64,000 nucleotides of DNA from Podarcis filfolensis. Its lineage: Eukaryota. Each line of letters begins with the position of its first letter. Positions within the stretch are counted from its first letter, which is position 1. The notes beneath the pieces are model-generated. The model was not told where the DNA came from and ran no database searches. It saw only the letters and a list, made by a program, of their open reading frames with translations. The stretch is from the NCBI GenBank assembly GCA_964270895.1, contig OZ185438.1. One strand, 5' to 3'. The translations under genes were made by a program, and so were the position numbers. Positions 38,003-48,700 of this stretch are shown here, in pieces.

Positions 38003-38253
38003 CATGGGTAGGCAAACTAAGGCCCGGGGGCCAGATCCGGCCCAATCACCTTCTCAATCCGGCCCACGGACGGTCCGAGAATCAGCGTGTTTCTACATGA
38101 GTAAAATGTGTCCTTTTATTTAAAATGCATCTCTGGGTTATTTGTGGGGCATAAGAATTTGTTCATTTCCCCCCCTCAAAATATAGTCCGGCCCCCCACA
38201 AAGTCTGAGGGACAGTGGACCAGCCCCCTGTTGAAAAAGTTTGCTGACCCCTA
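38003..38253. mobile_element. hAT-type MITE related to 1736-2075
   Basis: catgggtaggcaaactaaggccc ... aaaaagtttgctgaccccta; TSD not clearly resolved. Confidence 0.75.
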
Positions 38254-38811
38254 TACACACAGACATAAATCTGAAATCAGAAAGGACATTATTCAGAAAA
38301 CCGTTTCTACCTCCCAGAACCATATTTTGCTGATGTGACAGTGGCCATTCTCAGCCTACTGCACTAATAAGTCTTCAGTAGACTACCCATTAGAAACATT
38401 AGGCACTTTACTTGGCTTAAGGGAAATGGGATTGTTTTATAACATAATCTTATACAGTGTATACATGATAGCATGTATGCTTATTCATCACTGAGCTCAA
38501 CAGAGCTTATGCCCAAGAAAGATGATCACAGTCATTGTTTGTTTGCATTTTTTAGATGTTGTTATTTTATAATGGAAAGGCAAGACATAAGAGCCAAATA
38601 AATTTATTTTTAAAATATGTTGCATTTTCTGGTTTTGGTGGTTGGTTTTCATTGTTTTATGTGGTTGAAGTTGCTTTGTGAGGGCTTGGACCTAACAGGG
38701 TGTTATTCTTTTTTTATAAAAACAAACAAACAAATGAATATATAACACACTGATTATTATGATTGTCAGGACAATCATCTAGCCTATGGCTGCAGTGCAG
38801 GCTGATTTCTA

Positions 38812-39042
38812 CAGTGGTACCTCGGGTTAAGTACTTAATTCGTTCTCGAGGTCCGTTCTTAACCTGAAACTGTTCTTAACCTGAAGCATCACTTTAACTA
38901 ATGGGGCCTCCTGCTGCCGTGGCATGATTTCTGTTTCCATCCTGAAGCAAAGTTCTTAACCTGAAGCACTATTTCTGGGTTAGCGGAGTCTGTAACCTGA
39001 AGCGTATGTAACCTGAAGCATATGTAACCCGAGGTACCACTG
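38812..39042 (+). mobile_element. Tigger/pogo-like MITE, family A copy 3
   Basis: ta|cagtggtacctc ... gaggtaccactg|ta. Confidence 0.9.
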
Positions 39043-39913
39043 TACTTGGTGCCATTTAGGCTTGCATTGCTTGTAGTGCCTTCATATGTGAGCACCCCAG
39101 TGTATTGCTACGCCATCCACAAAATATCCACATAGAACCTTCTAGGGCAACTTGATTTGGCTTTAAGGAAAGCTATCTGAGAGGAAGTATTTGAAGGTTG
39201 TCATTATTGAGTGTCAAACACCTGTTCTTTCTATGTCACATATAAACTTGAGCTCATCTAGTGAACTTATCCTATTAGATTGAAAAAAATGTGTGAAAAA
39301 TTATAAATCCTGCTTTTAGAAATGCTAGTGCATAAAGAAGATAACAAGGGCCAGACAAGCTGTGTACACTGGTGACCTGCTATAATATAATATATACAGG
39401 ATCCCCACACGCAGCCTTTCGTAGTATGGAAAATCAATGTGGAGAAATTTGCTCTTATTCCAATCCTTGCATGTTTCAGCACCGTAGCAGCACTCTAAAT
39501 TGATCTTCCAGATGTTGCTGGTGCACATTGCACATTACAGGTGCTTCAGATCAACTCTGGTGCGCAGTAAATAGCTAGCATATACGAGGAAGCTATATTG
39601 GGGCAAAATTGAGATCGTTCATGTGGTTTTTGTCCTTTGTGAGACAAGGCTGTTGCCAGAAAGTAATACTGTCAATTGGTATAGGCAGAATTACTCAGAA
39701 TTAGATCTGTTCTAGGGAGTGCCTAAAAATCACTACTTGTAGAGGCACTTAATCCCCCCACCCCTTTAGAAACAGGAAATGGAGCCCTGAAGGCTTTTGA
39801 ACTAGAGAGAGTGGGGAGGGGGTATACAGCCCTCTGCCTGACCCAGACTTGGGGGTCTATGTGTGCCTGCTTTTTATTTTTTATTTTTTTTTTTTAAAAA
39901 GAAAATCTCTCTT

Positions 39914-40117
39914 NNNNNNNNNNNNNNNNNNNNNNNNNNNNNNNNNNNNNNNNNNNNNNNNNNNNNNNNNNNNNNNNNNNNNNNNNNNNNNNNNNNNNNN
40001 NNNNNNNNNNNNNNNNNNNNNNNNNNNNNNNNNNNNNNNNNNNNNNNNNNNNNNNNNNNNNNNNNNNNNNNNNNNNNNNNNNNNNNNNNNNNNNNNNNNN
40101 NNNNNNNNNNNNNNNNN
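39914..40117. other. Assembly gap (204 N)
   Basis: Direct read. Confidence 0.99.
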
Positions 40118-40424
40118 GCGTTAATAGCAACCAATTAATACATTATGTAACTCTGCTTTTTTATTTATTTTTTATTTTTTAAGAGAGCCCAAGACACTTT
40201 TAGCCGCTCGTTTTTTAATTAAGAGAGTACTCGAGTTTCTTCTTTGCCTGCTCGCCCTCGCGTCTGCCTGGACTGTCAGCTGGGATTCGTAGCTGGGATT
40301 GAGAGCAGAAGGAGGGGGAGGAAAAAAAAGAAAAGAAGGAAGGTAGCTTTCAGGGCTTCAGCCCAGGAGAAGCAACACATGAATAGGGTTTGGTGACGAA
40401 AACGGTCCTGAGAAGGGAAATGCG

Positions 40425-40456
40425 ATGGCAACGATCGTGGGAGAAGAGGCATCACG
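40425..40456 (+). CDS. Possible coding part of alternative first exon 1a (MATIVGEEAS-R)
   Basis: gcgATGG strong Kozak context followed by ACG|gtaaga donor; a purine-rich UTR-like stretch precedes it. The protein is not recognised and the ATG may be unused. Confidence 0.3.
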
Positions 40457-41599
40457 GTAAGATCGCAGCCTGCACGGCTGTTCTTTCCCTAGTACTGGAG
40501 CTGTTCTGGGAGTGGTGGTGGTTAAAATCGGACCGATCCCAGACGTTCTCACAGGGCACGATTGGCGCACTTGGTTGTTTACAACTCGAGCTTTCTCGGC
40601 GCGCTGCGTTTCCCTAGCCTGCGTTGAACCCACGCTGAGCTCTTTTCTGAACCTCAGGTCGTCGCTGCGGAGGCGTTTTCTGTCTAGGATCCGGCCGGGT
40701 GGTGCTTGAAAACCCTCCTCCAGCTGGATCTTCCTTAGCACGTTTACTCAGAAGTAAACCCCAAGAGCTCTCGCTCCCTCCTGAAGAGAGCATCGCTCAG
40801 CACCAAACGGTGTCCGGGCATCTTTAGCCTAGAATATTTAAAACCTATACAGCTCCTGCCCAGAGCTCTGTAGCAAAAAAATAAACCTAGGTCCGCGGCT
40901 AGGCAGGGAGAAAGTTCTTCAAACTCTTGAAAAGTTGGCGCTTTCCCCGCTCGCCTCTCCATCTTCCAGTCACTTCGGTCCGTCCTTCCTACCGAAGGAG
41001 CTTTAAAATCGATAACCTTGGATGGCTGGCTGTGGAGCGATCTCTGAGAGGGTGCGGGCTTTGTTTCTGAAGCGATCTTCCCGTCATGAGCGGCCTAAGG
41101 CGAACTGGGCCACGCGCACCTTCTCCCCGCGGCATCCTGCGCCGAGCGCGCTCTTTCCCTCAGCCGCCTCCGCTCCCACGTGCGAGCCAAGGACCCCCTT
41201 CCCCTCTCACCACAGGAATGGTGGGGGACCGAGAGCCCCTCGCCGCTGGCGCGCGGCAAGCCGCCTCCCACCGGAGCCCATGGCCCGAGTCCCGTGGATG
41301 TGGAGGGAGCCGCCGGCTCGCGCAGCCTACGCTAAGTCAACACAGGCGCCGCCGCCTCGCGCGTGTGGCGCGCTCGCTTCTGCCTCAGGAGGCCTGACGG
41401 GCCGCCCTAGCTGAGGGGATCAGTCGGACCGCGGGGTAGGGGGTGGGGAGGTGGGACACTCGCCGTGTCATGATTGGAGGCTGCAGGCTGCTCTCTAAGG
41501 CCGGAGCCGCCACGCGGGGCTGAGCCCTGACGCGAGTCGGGCGGAGTGGTGGGGGGGGGGGAGAGACGTCGTGAGAGCGGGGGGGGGGGGACGGGACTT

Positions 41600-41689
41600 C
41601 CCCAACTCCTCCGTCAGCCTTTCTTTCCCGCCAGTCCCGGTGCCGGACGCTGTTGCTGCGGGCGCGCTCCCTCCGCTTCAGGGCGGGAG
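41600..41689 (+). other. Probable non-coding first exon 1b (start approximate)
   Basis: Perfect GAG|GTAAGT donor directly downstream of CCAAT, GC and kappaB-like motifs; no ATG in the interval. Confidence 0.55.
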
Positions 41690-42003
41690 GTAAGTTCTTT
41701 CCCGTGTGGGGAGCGAGCGAGCGAGGGGCCGCAGGTAGGTAGAGGGAGGGAGGGAGCGGGCGCCTGCGCGAGGCTCTCCGTCTGGGCGGCAAAGCGAAGT
41801 GTGAGGGCGGGGGGGGGGGCGTTGGGTGAGGGTGGCTGCGCTCGGCGGGCAACTTCTGGGCGCGCTGCCTCGGCTCCGCAATGGGGGAAGGAAGAAGCTC
41901 GGCGGGCACCTCGGACGCCTCGCAGCCCCGGTCCAGTCTCGGAGCGCCCAGGTGGCTGGAGCGCTTCGACGGCGGCGACTGTCTTCGAGGCGCGGAGAAG
42001 GGA

Positions 42004-42134
42004 GCCTGGGATAGTTCCGTCGGTAGAGCGTGAGACTCTGGATCTCGGGGTCGCGGGTTCGAGCCCCACGTTGAGCAAAAAGGATTCCTGCATTGCAGGC
42101 AGATGACCCTAGTGGTCCCTTCCGACTCTACGAT
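42004..42134 (+). mobile_element. SINE with tRNA-Lys-like head and CR1-like tail, CpG-preserved copy
   Basis: gtcggtagagcgtgagactctggatctcggggtcgcgggttcgagccccacgttgagc parallels tRNA-Lys(CTT), but the acceptor stem pairs poorly and it runs into attcctgcattgcagg..cccttccgactcta. Confidence 0.85.
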
Positions 42135-45100
42135 TTTTGGCTGGCTGGGTTCCTGCTTGGACCTTCCCCGATGGGTCGGAGGGTCTGTCTTTATTTGAGG
42201 AGGAGGAAAGGGAGAAGAGCTCTGCACATGCTCAGAGGTACCCCGGACTCTTATTTCTTCACAGACAGTGTTAGCACTGAAAAGAACCAGGACAGTTTTG
42301 TGTCTTCTTAAAGTCCTAGCACGGTTCTGAATGGGGTTGTGTCCTGCAAACCCCTTCCTCAGATGCATCTGAAAGGAGGACCTGGAGCTCAGCCCCAATG
42401 CAGTGTAGGGACCTGCTTTTGGCCTCCAGAGATTTTCTGGCATACTGAATTCCGAATATAGCAAGGCATCTTTCAGGATGCATTTGTGTGTGTGTAGCTC
42501 TTGCCCTAGATGCAGGATCCGAAGGGAAGAGGCAGGTTCTGGGGCAAGAGAAGGAAAGAACAGGACAGGGCAAGCATTGTGATCTGGCAGAAGGTGCTGG
42601 TGGTCCCACAGCTCAAGAAGTGTAGAAGGAGACAATACTTTTTGTGTGTGCTACTGTGCTGAATCCTAAAAGCACTTGCTAGCTGCCTTTGAGTACCATA
42701 CTTGGATGGTTTGTGCTCTTCTTCTGTAGGACAAGATGACCACATTTTTTTTAACTATACCTCCTCCTCTGCCCTTTCTCTCTTGGTAGTGCCACTTGCT
42801 GAAGTACTTCTTAAAAATTACCTGCAGAAGTCATACTTTTCTTTTAAAAATTCATCTGAATGTAGTTAAGCCAAAAGGCACTGTACACATGTTTGGGCAA
42901 CATCCAAGGCAGCTGTGAAAAACACACAGTTTATACATTCATTTTGCCACATGTGAAGTGCTAAAGAACATCCTGCACTTTTGAAGTTACTACCTGGTTT
43001 TTCTTATTAGTTCCCTCTGTGCCCCAACCTCACCCCCTTTTCCCTCAGCCATAAATTTTTTCTTGACTTGGCTCTACCTTCTTTTAAACCAATTCTTAAA
43101 AGTTTTTTTGTTGCTTAAGTGGAGAATGCTGTGTGATTTTGTGGATGCGTACGTTTACTCGCCTTAGTTCTTAAAACAGTGTTTTTATTTTTTTCAGTTC
43201 TTCATTTTGCTAATTTTATTTTCAGAATGGTTGCTGCATTTGAAACTATTCAGTCAGGATCTTTTGTCACTTAGGTCTGAATGAGTAAAATTAATCAGTT
43301 ACATTTAAATTCATTCATTTCAGTTATTTCATTTCAGACCCACCGCCATTCTTACTCCCCTTCTGCATCTCTCAGAGCGTACATAAACGCATACATGCAC
43401 ACACTTTGTAGGTAACTACAAGACATCATTCAATTAACTGATACAATGGTGCCTTTTTAAATCTGCACAACTCCCTGTCCAAGGTAAAAAGACTCTTAGT
43501 TTTGTTCTCCAGCATTTAAGTGTTTGAAGTAACATAATGAATAAGGGTCAGATTTGAGTTTGGTAAAAGGCTCACATTTGGTTTCACAAATGGCACACTC
43601 AGATACAGGAAATTAATTTCTGTGATCAGGTGATTGTCAAGTAAATATAAATCATTTTATCAGATGCTCTCAGTATGTGGTAAAATAAGCAAAGGCTTCT
43701 CTCTATTCATGATTGTATTCACTAGAAACCCCAAGTACTGTAATTGCTGCGTTTAAAATGAAAAAAACCCAAAAACAATTCTGGTTTAAATAGCATTCTG
43801 TGGAGTTAACAAAACCTTCAGTGTCGGAATAGTAGTTTGTGTGCTGCATTGTTTTCATGTAGTTTGGAGCCCCACCAGGGAAAGTGGAACAGTTAGGTCT
43901 ATAGACTGCACATGGAGAACTGTCACATTCCTGAGTTTTAACCCTATAAGCACACATCTATGGTTTGTTTGAAGCAACAGACAAAGAGCGCTTTGAGTTC
44001 AGATAAAGAACCAACCCTAAACTCCATTAAGATGTTTTTACCTGGTTTGTGAATATACTGTTATTAACTTAGGTGCATTTATGTTTTGCTTTAGAAATAA
44101 AATCCATCTTATCATTGGCACGACATGATACAAAGATTTTTTTGGACATCTTTGTGCATTTAAAGAAGGACAGTTTAAAATAAATGAATATAGCTGTTAC
44201 TAACTAGCTAATACTTTAAAACATGACAATTCTTTTATTGACATAATAGGCAGTAATGGGCAGCAAGCTAGCATTGTTTGGGTCACTTTATTTAAACTCA
44301 GTGTGGGAAAATATACCTATGAAGGATTCATTGAATGGGGGAAACGTTCAAATAGTATTTCATAGATTATAACATTGTATAGCTCTTCTACTTTGTCAAA
44401 TCTGCTCCCCAAAGTCAAACAAATCCCATAGTACTGCAAGAACTGTATGAATGATCTGTCATGGTTAGTTTTATATGTAATTAGCTTTTTATCTGAGGAT
44501 TTTGCTGTTTTGCAAGGTACTCAGTTTTGTTACTTTTTGCTGTCTTGCTTAATCACTTTGGACCTTAATATATTTCTTCATATATCTTTAGCAGGATTTC
44601 AGTTCTTTCCTGTGTTGAAACACTTTGAGCAGAGTTTGTGTTTAATTTTTTTGATGGTTAAATATAACTGCATAGCAGTGACATGTTACAAAAGCAAAAT
44701 ACATATAGACACAAAGTTTGCCTTTAATATTGTTGTTGGAAATATATTACTTTCTCTTAGCAGTGGGAAAAATTAATCAGTATGATTAATTAATAAACAA
44801 ATGCACATTCAAACTTTGCTTATTAGCTTGATTTTAATCAGAGTGATCTCCTATGATCATGCTTATGACATTGTTCTATGAAATCTGTGCATATCCTTAT
44901 CAATCAATTGAAACTGTTGCCACAGTTAAAATGTTGTTGTTTTTTACTGTAGTACTGTATTTTAACTGATAAAAAGTAACACTCACAGCACAGTCCTATA
45001 TATGTCCTATTGTACATGTCTACCCAGAAGTAAGTATAGGATTGCAGTCTTACAACCCAAACCTAAGCATGTCTGTTTAGAAGTAAGTCCTACTAAAATC

Positions 45101-45569
45101 AATGGGACTTACTCTTGGGTAAACTGGTTTCAGACTGGAGCCTAAATTTGTTGACATTCTGAATGCATCCCGAAAAAGAAATGTAATATGTTTACATCAT
45201 TAATTGAGTTGACTGAGAGTATTCTCTTTCCGTAGAAGCGTTTATATATAAATAACGTATTGGTAGCGCCTCATTTTTCAAGTAATCTACATTTGTAGCC
45301 TAACTGGTTTGAATTAGAAATCTGGAAAATATATAGTAGATGAGGCAGTCGACCAATGCTATAATTAATTTTTAAAATGTAAAATAGGGTTTTGCACTTC
45401 ACCAGTCAATAAAGATTTTGTCAAATCTGGTGAATTAATGGTCATGTATTTGTGTTATTAGAGTTACAAAGAAAATAATCAACAGGTTTTCTATATGCAC
45501 AGATTACATAAAGCAAATTAGATAGCTACCACTGTTACATTAATTTGAAAAAGTTGAAATGAATTATTT

Positions 45570-45735
45570 ATTTTATTATAAATTTATTCTGCTCTTCCTG
45601 CAACTCCCTCAGGGTGGCATACATCATCCACCCCACAATGACCCTGTGAGGCTTATTAGGCTGAGATTTTGTGACTAGTCCAATTTCACCTAATGAGTTT
45701 TGTGGCTAATTAAGGTTTAGAACTTGGTCTTTCTA
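45570..45735 (-). mobile_element. Old MIR/CORE-like SINE
   Basis: ccccacaatgaccctgtgaggc..aggctgaga..gtgactagtcc motif shared with other copies. Confidence 0.5.
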
Positions 45736-48700
45736 GTCTTGGTCTGAAATTTTGTTCATTAGACAGTGATGTTTGCCAGTGATGACTTTTTGTGTTCCTT
45801 TCTGGAGATGCCTTTCAGGTAGCCCAGGGATGGGGGGAACTTGTGCTTCCCTCCATATGTTGTTAGATTCCAACTTCTGTGGCCTATGTTCAGGGATGAT
45901 GATGGGCGCTGTAGACCACCAACAACTGCAAATCCACAGCTCTCCCATCCCTTATTTAGGCAATGGAAGAAACATTTCTGTGCTTCTAACTTTGCACCTT
46001 GTTGTAGCAGGGCTTGGGTATAAGCTGACTTCATCCCTGCCTTTACTAAAGGATAACACCATCATGGAAGTTAGCTTCCCCCTATGGTGTAGATTCTACA
46101 CAGTAGCATTCTTGCAAGTTCTACAGTATTTGATGGTTGTCCAGTATTTTCAATTGACCAGTCAACGGCTACTATGCTAACCCTACTTTTAAAAACTATA
46201 CTCCCAAAATGCAAAAGAAAACTCGAGTTTTGCTGAGTGCACGCCCACCCCCCACCCTGATTTTGTTGTCCTGGTCATGGAATGCAAAGGGGGGGGGAGA
46301 TTTCAGAAGTTTTTAAGGGGGACAAAATGTGGGTCTTACAGGCAATGGCAGCAATAGCTCTTCTTAATGGTAGCTGCTGGCTGCCAGCTTCGATCTTGGA
46401 AAATAATAGTAGCTACCATCCAGCAGCAACTGGGGAAAGTTATTCATGCTGCCACAAATCTGACAGCAGCAGCAGAAGCACATTTTTTGCTGAAAGTTTT
46501 CATCAAATAAATTTTGCTTCATCAGTATGAAGGGAAAAAAGGGTATTTTAGCCGGCGCTGTTGATCTCTTTTTTGTTATTTGCATGTCAAAATTAATGGT
46601 TACTGATCATCTTTCAGAAATGCCTTCATATAAGCATGTATGCACAATTCCCTAATAATGAAGAATAAATGCAGATTAAGATGAACCTTGCTCCATCATA
46701 TTGTGATCCTCAAACTACAGAGTAGCACCTCCAACCCTCTTGAATCTAAGTAGTAGTAGGTCTAAGTTAATGGACAGAAATCTTGACCATGCAGCAGTCT
46801 GGACATTCATGTGGCTTTCTTTTTTGGAAATTACATATATGGCATTATCTGCAATATTGGACACAATAGGCCAAATCCAGCTTCCTCCTAATCCTTTAGC
46901 ATATGCCTCATTGACTTCAATGGTTTACTTCTACGTGTAGATTTTTTTACCATGCAGTTTATGGAATTCTTCACATCTGCTTAATTCAAAGAGATTTTCG
47001 CCTTCATAAAATAAACACCGGCAGGATATTCCTACCATGTAGTATAAAGATATTTGTCCCTAACTTGGGAGTTCATTCAGCGATGCTTTAATTCTATGAT
47101 AATTTATTCTGCGGTTTACCTTTATATCAAGGAAATTATTCTGGGTGCAGAGCCACTCTGGTGACCCTATCTTACTGTAGCTCCAATTCTAGACACCTAA
47201 GAAAAGCAGAGCATTCAGTGATGCACATCAAAAACTCCCTAGAAGTTCTCTTTGTATGCTGCCCATGAACTCATATTTCATTTGGCATTCTGTGAAAAGG
47301 CAGAATAGAACAAAATTTAATATGTTACTGGTAGCATAGTAAGACTATTGTAGGTATAGTGTTGGCAGCCTAAAATTACTTGGCTAAATATACATGCAAG
47401 TTAAAAAGTAGGGAATTGGGTGGGGGTGGGGAAATGAAAGGGTATATATCTAAATAGGGTGTTCTGGATGTATTTGTTGTAAGCTGCATTTTAACTTCTT
47501 CTATTTATATTTTTATAGTGGTATGTACGTGTATAATCTGGAAAGTTTGATTGAATACAAGAAATACTAATTTAACAATGAAAGCCAGGGGGTGTTTTCA
47601 TCTCTGGACTCAAGTTTGCTCTGAGAGCCTAATGTCACAAATGTGTACTTATAATGAAAAATAAAATAAAATATCCCCTTGGGTCTGGCATTTTTCACAT
47701 TGACTGGAGAACTAAAAGGATACTTGATCTAGAATAAACATGAGCGACTTTGCCAAAGGTTTGGGCCCCATACCATATCTGAATGAAGGCAACCCCCCCA
47801 ATTAATTTCAGTGGAATTTCCTCTGTTTGGGATTGTGCCCTAAAGGGTCCCCCCTCCAAAAAAAGCCTTATATTATTACCACATTTTCTGTGTCAGTGTT
47901 TTTCTTCTTCTTTTTTTAAGTGGAGATTTGTTACTGGAAATATGTTGCATTTGAATTCTGCTTGTATCAGATAGATCTCTTTCTCAGCATAACTTGATTC
48001 CAAGAAGAAGAAAATCCCTCAAGCTTATGGCCCCGATCCAGAGCACCAGGCAGCGAGCTCTGCATTCACAACAGGGCTTTTGAGTTTCTTCTTTCTGACA
48101 GCACACCCTCCTCCCCCAGTGGCACCTGACAAGCTGGTCCTGAAAACTCAGGGAACTTCAGAAGTGTCCTTTGTCACAGGCCAAGGAACTGTTGTGGGGG
48201 GTTGTGGGGGTGGACCGAGGGGTGGTGACAAACTCCAACACACTCTTTTAAAAGGGCTTCCAGGGTAGCAGCCTTGCTAGTTCTGTTGTACAAAACTGAA
48301 CTCTTTATTTTATATGATGCATATAAGTTCCTTCAGATTTATGAGATACTCTTTGTGTAAGGAAATTATTCCACATGTACATTACTTGTGTACTTACAGT
48401 TTTAGCACTACAACTAAAGACTGCAATCCAAAATGCATTTAATAGGGAGTGAGCCCCATTGAACACAGCAGGACCTTCTTCTGAGCAAGTATACATAGAA
48501 TTGCATTGCTTACCAAACTGCTGAAAGACAAACCATGGAACACTGATGCAGGTGATAAACCCCTGGACATTTCAACAACATTTTGAATACCTGCACATTA
48601 GAACTGGCTTCTTCAGGTCAGGGTTATGATTAATCAAGCACTTGTAGGCTTGATCAGCCACATATATTTCAGTCTGCCCCAACACTTTTAGATGCTCTGC

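Larger units (their letters stand above)
40200..42140 (+). promoter_or_regulatory. CpG island / probable promoter of a + strand gene
   Basis: Abrupt rise in GC and CpG; ATTGG at 41473, GGGCGG at 41539, kappaB-like GGGACTTCCC at 41593-41602; + strand donors at 40457, 41690 and 41735. Confidence 0.85.

Noticed and set aside
7344-39042. Three family-A MITEs all in the same orientation
   Set aside because: With three copies, shared orientation occurs 1 time in 4 by chance.
39849-40138. ORFs made of X residues
   Set aside because: Artefacts of the N gap.
42004-42076. Functional tRNA gene (Lys, or Gln by anticodon CTG)
   Set aside because: The acceptor stem has mismatches, the A box is altered, and the sequence continues into a SINE tail shared with other copies.
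41385-42635. 416-aa minus-strand ORF and the other overlapping ORFs in the CpG island
   Set aside because: Pro/Arg/Ala/Gly-rich low-complexity translation, expected from GC-rich DNA depleted of stop codons; it runs through a SINE; ORFs occur in nearly all frames.
46571-46585. Sox-Oct composite enhancer motif (tttgttATTTGCAT)
   Set aside because: The octamer is inverted relative to the canonical composite orientation; a single short motif is expected by chance.
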